Positions 1 to 14,762 of a DNA stretch of 64,000 nucleotides are shown here, in pieces (positions within the stretch are counted from its first letter, which is position 1; each line of letters starts with the position of its first letter). The stretch comes from Trichinella spiralis. Lineage: Eukaryota. The stretch lies in the NCBI RefSeq assembly GCF_000181795.1, contig NW_003526948.1, positions 1,806,785 to 1,870,784 on the forward strand. The letters are read 5' to 3'. Position numbers and translations under genes: made by a program. The notes beneath the pieces were generated by a model. The model worked only from the letters and a program-made list of their open reading frames with translations. It did no database searches and had not been told where the DNA came from.

Positions 1-59
1 AACGGGATTGAACATATTTTTATTTCGAACTGACTACACTACCAATGGTTGTGGGAAGA

Positions 60-360
60 TGGCCTGCATTGGACTACTCAATAATGACGTTGGATCAACT
101 TTACCAACAATTCTTCGTGCACCGATTAATCGTTTAAACGTTCTTATGGAAGCGCCGCTTCCCTGTGTATTATAATACTATACTGGCAACTGGTGTTGGA
201 GTGCTGTGCATGTTAACAATGAGGGCACTATTTATCCTTTCCATGCACTATTTATTTTGGACTGGTCATACACTGCTGACAATGGATGCGAAAGTTGTAA
301 GTGGAGCTTACTTTCGAAAAACTACTTTGGATCCCGGCTATATGATCCCTTGCTTTTTTG
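60..360 (-). mobile_element. Degenerate hAT (Buster/SCAND3-ZBED5-like) transposase fragment
   Basis: Minus-strand translation around 150-180 reads SIIIHREAAL, resembling the hAT CxxHREALA motif. The surrounding frame has stops, consistent with a decayed remnant. Confidence 0.35.
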
Positions 361-964
361 AAAAGGCGAAAACTTTAAATTTCTGCGAACATGAGTGACA
401 TCGATTATAAAAAATGCCATAATCACTAAAAATATAGTCTTACGCTTTTAGGAATCTGTATGTGTCGAGTCCTTGCCAAAAATATTCGGTGCTTATACGA
501 TTTTAGTCGGAGCAACACCAAGCGCAGCAAAACCTGATCTCTTGATAATATGGAATGTAGTTCCATTCCATTTATATTTACAACTTTTTACGGCTTATGT
601 ACTCCAAACAATGTTCGCGATATTAATAACATTTGTACCTGAAGTTCATTTTCGTAATACAGGCCAGTACAAATTTGAAAAATTTTTTTTACGCAATTTA
701 TTGATTGCGGACAATATAGATATGAGAATTATTACAATGAACAGAACGAATTAAAGTTTTTATTCAGTTTTGCATTATTTCCCTCTATAAATGACCCTGT
801 TGCTATCAAGCAATTTTGCCAAATACGTCATTAAATAGGGAATTGCGTAAAATTATGGGTATTTGTAATTAATGGAATTTGATTAATGTAATTGCAATGC
901 TGTTTTTATATATGACGAAGGTTTTTAATAATGCATTGTACTTCCCTGGAGGCACGCCTTTTGT

Positions 965-1330
965 TTCGATGTAGCGCAGCCAAGCATCGTACTGGTGTGC
1001 AACCAATATAGGGCTGTTGTGGATGTGTTGGATAAAATGTTATTCAGTTACCGGCCGAAAATAAGGTCAAAAACATGGCGGTGGAATTTATTTTCACATT
1101 CGTTGAATATGACCGTAGTGGCGGGTTGGAAATTGCTTATGGAACTACATACAGCAACGCCGTTTTTCAAAAAAACAGGTTTATAGCTCATGAAATTTGC
1201 AATTTTTGTGAAAAATCTTGTTGCCCCGAAATGGGCATTATGGGCATCAATTGATCGGCAGTGATTAGACAAGTACGTTATAAGTATTGCTGCGGTTTCC
1301 AGTTGCATAGTTATGGAGATATCCACGCAA
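965..1330 (+). mobile_element. piggyBac (PGBD-like) transposase C-terminal remnant
   Basis: VAQPSIVLVCNQYRAVVDVLDKMLFSYRPKIRSKTWRWNLFSHSLNMTVVAGWKL matches the piggyBac P-x-I-x-x-YN-x-x-MGGVD...YR...RSKKWW..LF...LN..VV.AW region. A broken Cys/His tail (YKYCCGFQLH) follows. Stops are present. Confidence 0.8.
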
Positions 1331-2974
1331 AAGTGGGATGCTTACCTATGTATTCTGATACGCAATGTGCAAACTTTAGAGTCAAATCATTCTACAACTG
1401 CAGGACAGATTTCAGCCAAACTCTGCAAAACATTATCACTAATCAAAGCCTATGCCTAAGAGGAAGAAAAGGGGAATTTTGAAAAAACAGTTTCTCCGTT
1501 TTTCCAAAGGAAGCAAGTCTGCCGCTCATGACGTTTCGCCATTTGCGAAAAAAACCTCTGAATGCGGAAATGAACTTTATGGACATCAGTCGATTCTGAA
1601 TTATTTGATAAGTACTATAAACCTATGCTCGCCATTCCTTGTGGCGTATTTGTTTTTGCGCTTTCTAGTACAAGTAATGCTCCTTTTGCAAAGCGGCGTT
1701 CAGTCGTTATTAGTGTACGGAAAATGAATTCAAATAATGTCAAGAAAAAGCTAGCATATTACTGTACTGTTTATTTCATTTTTCATATCTTTCCCATGTA
1801 TTACATTAATAAATGAATAAAAAGTTGCTTAAAATCAAATAGCAGAACAGAAGTACATTGCAATTTGTGCTTTTCTCACAGGCTGCTGTGACTGAGCTCT
1901 TTGAGAATGAATGCATTTTATATTTCTTTGCTAGAAGCACTGAAATGGCAACTAACGGCGTTCCTACAAACGAAATAGCTAGGTCAACAAGGTTCGAGAT
2001 ATTGCTTACATTTTCTGAAACCGGATTCAATCAGATAACCGTTGCTCTACTTAACGTTATTTACGTAATAAAAAATTTTTGAAAAACATAGCATTAATCA
2101 TTTAAAAGGCTATATAAACTGTTAATGCAATTTTTCTGCACTCTAAGGTGAGACATTATATAGCAAAGGCAAAGAATACAATTGAAAAATCACAACTGAA
2201 AATGTTGATGAGTATTAACTGGAATATAAAATTCACAACAATTATCCAAACCTCGCTATCTTTTGTTATTATTTCGAAATGTGGACTAATTATATTGTAT
2301 GAAGCATGATTATGTAAATTGATAACGCAACGCTACTGGACGCGGATGTGGACGTTGCAAAGGAAAGGAAGATTACAAATTAATTCGTTCAAATTGTACA
2401 GCCTTGTGCAATATTTTCAGTTCATGGCAATGCATTTTTTGTTTATTTTCAGACCATTTGATTAATGTGAAGAAAGATGTTTTACAGCTAATTGGAATCG
2501 GAATAAAACGTAGAATTTATTATTAAGCTTCTATTAATTTATCTTTAATGTTGAAAAATAAATTTACAAAACGTTTGAAATGCACTTGCAGTAAAAGTAG
2601 GCTAAAAAATGATAATAATTTATTTAATTTCAATTAATGTTATTTCTTACCGAAGTAGTGAATTTACCAGTTGTTTCTTTTCTTGGTCATGCTGCTGAAT
2701 AAAATAACAACAACCAAAGAACCTACCCCAAATTGTCTAACTGCTAACTAATTCAGCTTATCGAATGGAACAGTATGAATTTCAAAAAACAACCCAATTC
2801 CACTACAAAAAAAAAGGTACAAGATATTTCATATTAAAAAAAATATGCATATTAATGTAAAAATGAGAAAATAACCGTATACTAAATAAAGAAGAGTAGA
2901 AAATTTAAGTGAAACATGGAAAAGATAATAATGTATAATCAATCAAAATTGATTATGCTGCGTAAATAAAAAGT

Positions 2975-2977
<3 letters not shown>

Positions 2978-3037
<60 letters not shown>
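2978..3037. repeat. (AAT)n microsatellite, about 20 units, just past the SLC12A9 stop codon
   Basis: Perfect taa/aat tandem run. It explains the poly-L and poly-I ORFs in the track. Confidence 0.95.
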
Positions 3038-3075
3038 GTAACATGAAGAGTATTTCAAAAGGATCAAATGCTTGA

Positions 3076-4472
3076 TTAAAGTGCGGTCGATATGACCGAA
3101 CTGATGCCGTGTATAAGTAGAGTTGGCGGCAAACCATCGGTGAGGCACTGAAGGCCTTTCAAATAGCTGTCTGAGAGGGAGGGGTCAGCCGGCGGGGGTG
3201 GCAATTTCAGAAACAGAACCCCCGCCATTTCGCTGCTATCGCGCAGCAGCTGGTTGAAACGCCTCAAAGCACGTCTGGATATACCGGCAAAGCCATGATA
3301 TATCGTAGCATTGGTATCGCCAGACGAAGACTCCCTTTCGTCTTCACTGTCTTCCACATCCAAAAGCCTTAAACTCCAGGGCAAGATGACCGACTGAGCG
3401 CTAATGCGCAGCTGACTGAGCATCTCCCTTAACTGGAACGCTTTGTACTGCATATCATCGGTCGACGAGACGCAGATGAACACGCGCAACACGACCCGGT
3501 TCTTCCAACGGCCGGCCATGCTCAGAATGCAGGCCAGTTGAAGCAGGAACAACGAGCTATTGTCCCAGGCCAGACTGTCCTCGGTCCCACAAGTCAGGTC
3601 CAGGGGCCAAACGTCGACAAAGCGGGGTTCGGACGAGCCGGACAGCAGCTGCTCCTTGTCCAACGACTGAAAGTGTCTAGCCAAGACGATATTCTTGTTC
3701 ATGCGCAGCACATCACGAATCAGCTGCACGTAGTCGAGACGGTCCAGACGATCGCCGGGCAATGTCGGCAAGTCGGGTCCGGTGAAATATTCCACCACCT
3801 CGGCCCGTTCTAATTTGGCAAATTTGATGCTCCTCAAGAAACGACCCTTGTCGAATGTGTTCTGCGACGGAGTGTTGTCGTGAAAGCCGAGTATAACCGT
3901 GTTCGGCTTCATCGCGCCTATGCCGCTCAGACGGATCAACTGACCGGCCCCTTCGCGTATTGACTTAGCAACAGTAATCTCGACAAATGCCTTGATTTTC
4001 AAATAATCTACCAAGCCCAACCAGTAGGGCATGTCTCGCTGAGCGGGATCCAAATGATGCTGACTGTCGTCTGCATCGGTTTTCACGTGACCAATAACGT
4101 ACAAGCCAGACTTTTTCAAATCGTTCACAAAGTCGATCAACGGCAAACAAGAACGAGGATTCGCTACCAGCAGCAACACTTGCGGTCGCCAAAATTTAAC
4201 ATGTTCCTTTCGTGGATCAAGCAACAACAAATACTTGCGTACCTGGTGAAAGATCAACGCCTGACTGATAGAACCCCAACTGGCCGGCATCGGTACCACG
4301 TAATGCAAGCCAATCAATAAAAGCAGCAAAAATATTATTGTAACACCAGACGATACTGGATTCACGACAAACATCATCGCAATACAACCAGCAAAGCCGC
4401 AGAATGATGTGAGCACAGAAAAGTATCGAAACGTAGGTCTGAAAAAGCCAATTAACACATCAAACTATTATT

Positions 4473-4511
<39 letters not shown>

Positions 4512-7201
4512 TTATTTATTTATGATTTGAGTAACCTAAAATTTGGAGCCGATGTCAAGTCCAATGCTAAACAGGCAAGATTAACTGCCGCGTAGGAGAG
4601 TAAGAATAACACAGAAGTAATCTGCGCAATAACATTGAAAGAGCCGATCATCAGAACTGCCTAAAATTAAAAACAAAAAATAAAATAAAATAAACATATT
4701 CCACTCATAGTTAGAGAAAAACAAAGTAAACGTACTACAACTAATGCCCAAGATATGAGAACGGCCATGGCAGGATTGCCACCTCTGTGGAATGTGGCCA
4801 CGTGAAGTAGAACCCCTGGACAAAGCAAATATAAATATTGGACAAATTCAACATTTACACAACAATAAAACATCCACTAACCAAACAATCGGTCGATGGC
4901 TAATCGAAAAAGCACCCTTGAAGCGCCTATCAAATTGCTGAGTGCCGCTGCCAATGTCGCGGCAACAATTCCAATAAAAATGAATGGTGGCCAAATGTTG
5001 ATATTCTGTACAACGATGTAGTTGTTTTGCAACAAAATGTTGGAACAAGAAGAGCCAATCAAAAAAGTTGTCAAGAAATATACTAAAAATGTTGCCAGCA
5101 ACGCTTGCAATGTTCCTTTTGGAATAGAAATATTGGGCTGCTTCAATTCGCCTGACATGTTGGCGCCGGCCATCAAACCCGTTATGCCGCTGAATACTAC
5201 TGCAAATACTAATGCAAACGTCATGTGAATGCCAGTTGTGTAATCAACACTCCAATTTGGGTACAAATTTTCCATAAATGTAAAACTTCTAACACCAGTG
5301 TAATTTGCATAAACAGTCAAATTCTTTATCAACGTGCCATTATCGTCCAATCGACCAAACGGATTATTCTCTGGCAACGGGACGGAAATTGGATTGAAAA
5401 ATACCATCAAACTCAACAAAAAACTGCAATAAGATATGCTGACGATGATCAATACTAAGACTGATGTACGGGCAAACATCTGAGCACCAACCAAACAAAT
5501 TATCAAAAGCACAATGGAAATGCCAAAACCGTACACAAATGCCCACCAATGGCCACTTGGTAAAGCGTTGTCAACAGTATAGCCTAAATGAAATGAGAAC
5601 AGCATTAAATTATATATTCATAATCTTATTAAACAGAAGAGAAAACAGAAAAATTATTCAACTTACCACCTGGACCGAAATTATTAATCAGTGCTTCCGT
5701 GAAAGCTGATATATACAGCGAACACGAAAAAATGTTTGCCACAAAAAATAAAACGCCAATACTTCCACCAAATTCTGGACCAAGTGCACGGCTTATCATA
5801 TCTGAAAACTCGCAAAACTGATCCTTTTCAAAAACTGCCTATTTCACTTAAAACTTTAAACTTAAGCGACATCAGAAAAGTAAACACAAAAATAATCCCT
5901 CGTTATTTTAACGACAATTATTTAACGCATAAAATGCAAAATGTTTGATACACTTACAATAAACGCCTCCGCCTTCGATGGCCCCGTTAGTTGATATAGC
6001 ACACAGAGATAAAACTGTGAACAAAATAATGGTATATGCAATCGCGAGCTGCAGCAACGTCATCAAAATACCAGCCTGACCAACAACAAAACCTAAAATT
6101 ATTCTACTTCAGTTGCTGAAATAAATTTGTTTACACATAAATTCGTTGTTCGCTTTTTGTACCGCCAAATGAAAAATACTTGATAATCATAACAGATTAC
6201 AATATGAACAGTCTCTACAATGAAAACATTCAACGTTCTTGCTGTCCACTATACAACTGCAATCGTAATCTTTCGATAAACAAATTAATCACCAGATATG
6301 AACAATTTTTTCTTAAAAACATTTTTATCTGGTAGATATTGAAATATAACCTGATAAAACCTTATACCTTAAAACTTCATCTACTTCAAAAAATACGCTA
6401 ACATCGTTAACATAAAAACCAGATATGAACAGAATTCAATGCTAAAGAAAATATCTGTGCAAAACAAGTTTCTGCTATTATGAAAAATAAAATTCCTGAA
6501 AATTACATTTTAATTCATCTTATCACCATTAATATAAAGTTCATTAGATTATCAATTTTCAAGAAAATCTTAATGTGACAATGAAAAAAATTATGAGACA
6601 TGAACTCGGAAACAGGTCAAATGTAATAATTAAAAAATAGGTGAAACATAATAAGTGCAATGTATGACATTTAACACATTTCATCACAAAAAATTCTGCC
6701 AACACTATCAGATCAAGTTCTTCAATTTACATAAAGTAAATTCCCAGCAATCATTTGGGTAACATAAACTGAAAATAAACATTTAAGCTTAACTGTGAAA
6801 ACCTTAACTCCATTCCATAAAATAATAAGAAACTTTGACGAAAGTATCGAGAAAAAAGTAGTGAAATAAAAAAACTGCATACCAATTCTTAAAAATAGCA
6901 TGACACTAAACATAGACAACGCAACTGGACAGAAAACACCAGAAAACGTTGACAAGCCTTCTGATTTGACACCATCTGAAGCAAAACCTAGTGCCTCCGT
7001 GAAGCTACTTAAGCTTCGTAACAAATTCACCTGCAAAAGAGGTGATTTGTCTTGAGTGACCGGTGGAATGGTGCCACATGAAACCGCAACCCCTGTAGCA
7101 GGCTCCTCCGCATTACCAACTTCTTGGGGCCTTTCCATTCTATGAATCACGTCCGTGGACTGGTACGACATGGTGGAACTTGCAAACGCTTGACTGTCCA
7201 T
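3076..7201 (-). CDS. SLC12A9: Solute carrier family 12 member 9 (cation-chloride cotransporter-interacting protein); about 7 exons (~7201-6883, 6092-5958, 5801-5667, 5583-4882, 4815-4736, 4660-4536, 4438-3076)
   Basis: Motifs [76 protein letters not shown] and [13 protein letters not shown] junctions keep the frame. Confidence 0.93.
4476..4522. repeat. (AT)n / (TTTA)n microsatellite in an SLC12A9 intron
   Basis: Directly visible tandem runs. Confidence 0.9.
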
Positions 7202-8184
7202 ATTATGGTAATTGTGTTTAACAAGACACAAGATTAACAATAACTAAAAAGAAAATTTTAAGAATAAAGTTTTAAGCTTACGTTTTTATATTCAATCGGT
7301 CAGAAACTCAAACATAATGCACATCTTATAAAAAGTGATTTCATGTAAACAGGGCACGCACGCCGTTAAACAACAAAAACATACTGTACTGATTACAAGT
7401 GCATACTGTGATCGTCAGGTACATTTTTTCTTTCATAAATAAGTGATCGAATAAATGGGTATTAAAATTGTGGTTTTTAACAACTTTAAAAAGAAAATAA
7501 TTTTTAATTTACGCACAAATTCAATAAATATTTGTGAAAATATTAACAGCCCAGTAATGCATTTCTAAAATTAAGGTAAATTTTAAAATAATTTTCTCAT
7601 TACTCCCATACATTTTTGCAGCTCGGAATTTGCTTGACCATAATTTGCCTTAAATTTTTTGTATTAAAAATTACATTGCCAGTTTTGCTTGTTATGCTTT
7701 ATTTTAAGCTTCAAGATCAAAAAACAATTACTTTTATATTCATAATTGTTTTCGCATCATAATTTTCACTTAAATAAGTGCACATTTGACAAATTGAGTT
7801 GCTCTTTTCCAAAATACAAAAATGCACAAGCAGGCATTTGTGATTCAATCTAATTGTAATAATAATCTGCATTTTAAATACTGTGACATGCAGGTTCATT
7901 TAATATTTTCTAAACATTGGTAGTGTTGTTGATTTTGTAATTTCAAGCAATGGAACAGATTAGCCTGTTTTTTATGCGTATCATGAGATTATAGGTCAAT
8001 TTCTCAGTTTTGAATATATATTTATTTATTTGTACTTTTTTAAATAAACGAAACGTCTAATAAAGAGAACAATGCACCTATTCAGTAGTAATAAATCAGA
8101 CCTTTGACTCAATTTTCATACGGTAAAATGTTGAATTCAATGTGATTTTGTTTTTTGAGGTGACTGATAGGGTTTGCTTTGTTG

Positions 8185-10571
8185 ATGGCTGATTTGATGA
8201 GTTGCGTTTCACAAGATCACGTTCCATTATGCGAAAAGAACGATGAACAAGAAACGTATCCAATCGACCAACTGAACGATCATTCTATAGACGATATTTT
8301 TACTTCGACAATGTTGACAGCTGTGGATGAAATTGATTTAAATACAAGGAACGCTAGTGTTGCTGAAAGCAATACAACGAACGAAAATTCTTTCGAAAGC
8401 ACTGTAATGGAAGAATCTTTGATCGAGGAAGGGTTTCCAGTTGTAAATGCAAATCAACCAACGATAGTAACTTCCAGAAACGACAGTTTTGAAAATTTCG
8501 AAAAGTTGCCTGTTAATATGGACATATCTGTTCCGCTTAATGTGCAACTGTTGCATCGTTTGCATAGTTTGCCTTTGATTAAAGAGGCTGTTTCGCAGGC
8601 ATTTGAGCTTTATGGACGGGCGAAAAAAGGAAATCAGTTGCTGAATTGCACCCTGGACACTACTGAGGCAACTTTGAAAGCAATGGCTGGCAATTTATGC
8701 TCTTTGCCGTTGATACGTTTGCTTTTAACACCTGGTGAATATGTTACTTTTTTGTTAATTAATGACCTGCACATTTATTATAAATATGAATGAATATATA
8801 CATTGTATTGTGTTTTATAGAGTAAAGGACTGTTTTGCTTGTTTTAAAGATTTAAAGATTTGCATTTCATTTATTAATTTTATTAATTTTAGTTAATATT
8901 TTGGACAAATTTGCTTGTTCGCAATTCGATAAAATTGAAGCAAGATATCCGATTATTAAATCAAATCTAGATGATGTATGCAGTTGGTATTTTATCTGGA
9001 AAATGCTGAGCTACTTTTTGCCTTTTTAGATATATGAATTCACTAAGCATTTATATGAAGGGAGTTATTTGAAGAAAGGCATCGATTCTGTTTGTAATTT
9101 TAGAGATTTTGGGGTTCAAAAGGTAAAATGTTATTGCCTTCCAAGAAATGTTACGTTGCATTACACATGCTTTTGTTTTGTTTATTTATTTTTGTAGATT
9201 CATGATACACGTGAAATGTGCTTTAATTTGCTAGAAACTGTAAAAGAAATGAAAGAATTTAATTCAGACATGGGCTATGCAATTTGCATTAGCCAGCATA
9301 TTCTGAATACAGTTCTTGAGTTCACTGACGCTTACATTACTAAGCACATACCCGAATACGACAAAGAACGTTTGAAAACTGAAACAGAAGAAGGTTTTTT
9401 TAATATTTTGGCACTTATATTCATTTTTTATGCATATTTATATACAATTCAGCGGATATGTATATGAAACGTATGAAGAACTTGTATTGTAAAGTGGTGA
9501 GTGCGGTGAACCATAGTACTTGTGATAGATATGCACATTTGAAAGTTAACATATATCTGGCGTTGCAGCAATGCAAGCTCACATTTTGTATAGTAAGTGG
9601 GATTTATATAATTAATTTACAATTAATTGACTTTATTTACATGTTTAAGATGAAAATGGTGAGTTCCACATTTAGTTACGCGAAAGAAATATCCTTTGCC
9701 GAAATTGTCGAAGAAAACAAGCAAAAAGTTATAAACTTCGTGAAACGAAATTATTCTGCCTTTGCTTCAAATGTATATATCATTTGATGTGAATGTTTAT
9801 TCTGAATGATTTTTGTTCACTGTTTTTTAAAATTATAGTTTGATCAGACAGTTGTGAAAATTTTTCATTTGCTTGCCATGAATGCTGCATTTTTGTCTCA
9901 TCAAATTTCCAAATGCTGTGTCGTTCATTTACCTTTGAAAGCTCAAACTGTGACCATGTCTGCGTTTCATTATATAGACAACATTTGCAATACTATATTA
10001 GAGGTATATACAATATGCAGTATAGTGATATATTTGATTTTATAATTTGTTTTTCTACAATACATAATAAGTGATTGTAAAAGCTTTCAAGACTAAGGCT
10101 ACAACTGTACAGCGTTGTTGTTGTTGTTTATATGTTTAGGCTCAAAGCACCGATGTGTTAAAAGAAGAATTCATCACAGAAGCAACACTGAAAATTGATA
10201 TTTATTGGCAACATATATGTGAAGCGATTAACAGCGCTGCGGACTGTCCATTAATTAATTGGCTTGTGAGTGATTATTTTAACGTTTTAGACCTGTTTAT
10301 ATTATATTATATTATATTATATTATATTATTATTATATTGTAAAAAATAATAAGTAAATGTACCTTTCATTAATGTTTTTCAAGTTGCATCTATGTAAAG
10401 ATTCCAATCTCTTATAAGGATAAATGGTGCCTTGCATAGGCGATCAGTGTGGAAGGGATCGAGTTCGATGAAGATTTGCTGATCATTGATCCAAGCCAGC
10501 GTCTGCCCATGCCTGGCGTTATTGAGCTGTACATTCAACCGCGGTTGATATGTGAAATTCGACGAGGCTGA
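8185..10571 (+). CDS. Perilipin (PAT-domain lipid droplet protein), multi-exon
   Basis: LLHRLHSLPLIKEAVSQAFELYGRAKKGNQLLNCTLDTTEATL...NILDKFACSQFDKIEARYPII is a typical PAT domain. Several short GT-AG introns; the last exon ends ...EIRRG* at 10571. Confidence 0.8.
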
Positions 10572-11608
10572 TTGTCGTTCGACGCTTTTTTTGCCTTTTA
10601 ATTTCCAATAACCATGTACTTTATTCTTTTTCTGCTGTTTGACGTTTCATACTTTAATGCATGTTCATTTTTCTCTTTCTGCAGCGGTTCGTTTATTGAA
10701 GTTAAAAGAAGAAAAGTTTGCACTTTTGTCAATAGTAAAACTTTTAATTCAATCATCACTGGGTTATTCTGGATATCTTTTAAAAGTGCTGTTTCTAATA
10801 TCAAAAAATAATACGCAACTTGAATAATAAAAATAATAAGTAATAAAAAAAACTGAAACGTATACATGTGAGTAAATATTTGACGAAAATAACAAGCCGT
10901 TAATAGTAATTCCGTTCACAATAAAGCGTTCTATTTACTACTCGTGCTAATGATATTACAGTGACCCATGCAAACAAACTGTAGACGACTATTGTAAGCT
11001 TATTTTGCTTTATATTTTTTTGCACACCAGCAATCTTAAAATACTGCAACACTTATGGTGAAATTGAAACAAAGACAATTCTCCCCTTTTCAAATTGATT
11101 AGTGCATTTAAAAAATGATTAATTTCTTTCACCATTTCGCATGGAAAAATAATTTCGTACTGGAAAATGAGTCTTCTCAAAATAATACTATAAACAGATT
11201 TTATTACAATTATTACTGTTAATACTGTTCAGAAAAGATGGATTTGATGAAATTCGTTGAAATCAAAAACTGCGATGAATAATAAATCAGACTCTACATT
11301 CAAACATATTCATAAAGTTGCCAAATTTCTGAACAGAACTTATTCTACTGCAAACATTTTCACTTGCACATCCTGCAAAGATGTATTTTCCATTAAAAAA
11401 TACGCTTCAAATAGCAAAACTATGCTACTTTATCAGGTAGAGTTAATAAAAAAAATTAGTAAAAGTAGAATAGAATTCAATGAATTAAAATGCTTCAAAA
11501 TACGAAACAAACAACTCAAAATAACCATATATATATATATATACATACTTTTATGTATAATAAAAAATAGTCATTGCCAATAAAGAGCAGAATAACTGCA
11601 AACTATTT

Positions 11609-12507
11609 TCATTGAAAACCTTCGTCACCGTATTTTCCACTTTGTTGCACATTCATTAATTCATTCTGAACCGCTGGATGAGCATCATTCGTTTCATTAG
11701 ACTGACTTTTTTGAATCATTGACTTTTGTTGATTAAAAAATTCCTGACGATTTTTCATTCTTAAACTGTCATAAGTAACTTTTGGTTTACTCTCGGCTTT
11801 TTCACCGCCATTATCATTGTCTGGCTTGAATTCCTTTCCTATAATTTCCGTTTGATCGAAGATATCAGAAAAATTATTCTGCACCAAGTCGCCTTCAGCT
11901 TCATTGCGGAATCCATTACTATTCGTTGTATCATGTCTTTTGCCAACATTTCCCTATAATTGATAGGTTTGGAGATTCACGAGTTAAACTAATAAATAAC
12001 AATGACTGAATATAATTTGCAGAAGTTTGGAAAATTCACATTATTTTTAAAAGTAATATAAATATTATATCAGATTATGTGAATAATCGATAACCTAAAA
12101 TAAACAACAGCAGAAATACAAGCAACTTGATTTTCACTTATCTATAAATCAGAATAAACAAAGATAACTGATAACAAAATTTTAACCTGAAATATAGTTG
12201 ACGGGTTTGACTTGCGTACTGCATTAGCAAGATTGCTATTTGGAATTCGCTTCAGAATTTTTTCCTTGCACTCGGAAATGTAAGAAAATTTACCAAGCAA
12301 ATACGCCACACCAAAAATAGTCAAATACTGCACAGTCATACCATATATTGGATGCCCCTTTATTAATCCAGACTTTTGACAATATTTTGCAGAGAAGCAT
12401 CCAACAACAGTCAATGGCAAACAACGATAAATGAAACTTTCCCGAGCACATTCACGCAAAACGTTTTGCTCTTCAAAGGTCAAATGAAACGAAACCACAT
12501 TATCCAT
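11609..12507 (-). CDS. OCIAD1: OCIA domain-containing protein (asrij/OCIAD1-like), 2 exons
   Basis: TFEEQNVLRECARESFIYRCLPL, GKFSYISECKEKIL, TYDSLRMKNR and terminal KYGDEG are OCIAD hallmarks. Confidence 0.88.
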
Positions 12508-14762
12508 AGATTCAAACAATCCCCAAAGTTAAGCAACGTATTATTCTTTCTATAATTTGTTTCTATAAAGTAATTCATTAATTTAACGTAATACAGCCTT
12601 TTCATGCAAAGTATAATTTTTAAAACAGTGTGCAAAATTTACAGATTGAAAATATAACTCTTATAAATATAAAAAGAATATATATATATATATATATATA
12701 TTCTGACAAATTCTTTGAAATTTATGCACATAAATTTCTTGTTTCAAAGTAAAACAAGTTCAACCTGAATAACAATCATCGTTTCACTGAAATTCAGCTA
12801 CCAGCTGTGCATATTAACAAATAAATATATAATAAGGATTAAAACAATTACATCTACAAGTATTAAAATGTTTAAGCCAATGCGTATTTTCATAAAAAAG
12901 ATACACAAACAATAATAAAATACAGTATTATTCACTTTATTGAAAAAGAAAAAAGTATAATATGACTGCAGAATAAAGTGCACATACGTATTGAAAAGAT
13001 TTTATCACGAGATCAGCTCAAACTATTTTAACAGAATAGATCGCTATCTACAAAACTTCAATTTACAGTATAAGTCATATGCAAGTACAATTAAATGCAA
13101 AATGAAAATTTGATATTATAATAAACTAGATACTTTGTACAAATAAAATTTTAAAAATATTATTTATTTTTATATTCAAAAGCGCTTTTATTGTATGGAC
13201 CATTTTTAACACAAATATAATAAGCCATCATGTAAAAGTGCACTGTTAAAATTATGTAACACATAGAATATATTTAAATAAAATAGAAGGCATCATAATC
13301 TAAAACGAATATTCAACAATCAAATATTTGTTGTTAAAAATTAATTAATTTAATTTTTATAAAGGAATTTTGAAACATCTTGAAATTAATGTAAAGCCAT
13401 TTTTAGTCATTTATAAGTATTATTCAAACGCACACTCACCATTCACACGTGCATAAATTTGAACCCATTAACTGGTCAAACTATACAGCACCAGAAACTA
13501 CTGAAATTACTAAATTCTTCACTGTTGATTGATTATTATTTTGATTTTTAGAGATTTTAGATTTCGCCATTTTAGAGTTTAAACTACTTTAAATGAGACA
13601 TAATTTAAACAGTTTAGAGCATGCAATTGAAAAAAAGAAAACGTCTGTGTTGGCATATGTATGGGATTTGGGCTGAGTGACCTTATGTCAGAGAAAGACG
13701 CAAAGAAGCAAGAGAACAAGAAAGCGCATTGAAAAAATCTTTGAAAATAAAAGAAAATGGCAGTGAGGCATAAACTTATTCTACGTGTCAGTGCTGACTG
13801 CGTGACCAGCGTAACTTTCAAAAAAACCATTCTAGCACCACTCTTTCATTATTTAATTTTCTCATATGATTTATTGATTGATATTTATAAATTTACTATT
13901 ATTATTGTTTTGCCTTTGTTGCTATTTTTTAGATATTTTATTTAAATTTATTTCCTTTATTAACAACTATAAGATATTTATTCATTCTTTTAAAATCAAT
14001 TAAATGATGCATTATTTTATTAAACAGCAAGATTGTCTAAACATATATGAAAATTCACGTGTATTTAGAACAAGATTTGTTTAGTGAGCTAGATGGAAAA
14101 GATAAAATCTTAAAAACAGCTCCTCAGTGGTACAAGCAGCTGTTTATCATTTAAGTAGTTGTGAAGATTAAATTTGTTCTTGTATATTACATGACTGTGA
14201 AAAGATTTACTGACTTCAGTATCATGTCTGATGTCTCCATTTCTAAAGCAGTAAAAATGGCTTATCTCATGAGAGATGCAATACGTGCAGTCAACTGAAC
14301 ATTCCCTGGTAAGAAAGTATAGGATTTAAGCAACAGACATATACCCAGACTGCGTAGAAAAAGAGCAGTGCTAAATAGCTCATTAAGAAATTTACTTATG
14401 AGTCATATGCTACCCAGTCTTTTGCTATTCAGCTCATTATGTATACTAAAATTACATTAATTAAAAATGTAAGAAATATTAATAAATAAAAATCGTGAAT
14501 TATTTAACCAATAAAAGTTGAAATATTCTCTATGAATAAGCATATGAGTTTCACTAAAGATAAGCATGATGCTGAAACAATTATTCCATACTGCATTTTT
14601 ATAAAATGTAGTTATTTATTTTTGATTTATTTTCAATGATGAAATCACACAAATGTCAATGAACAGCAAAAGAAACATTCAGAAAACAGTCTTCTCATGT
14701 AAAAGCAACATGATAGTTCAATGAATATTTACTTCTCTACAATGTATTATAAGATCTTATCA

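Noticed and set aside
2939..3148. Poly-L and poly-I ORFs
   Set aside because: Translation of the (AAT)n microsatellite.
14330..14760. Exon-like segments with in-frame TGA in duplication unit A, considered as a possible selenoprotein given SBP2 in the window
   Set aside because: They lie downstream of the real stop codon (14763), the TGAs do not align to Cys or TGA in unit B, and no SECIS was recognised. Best read as duplicated non-coding sequence.
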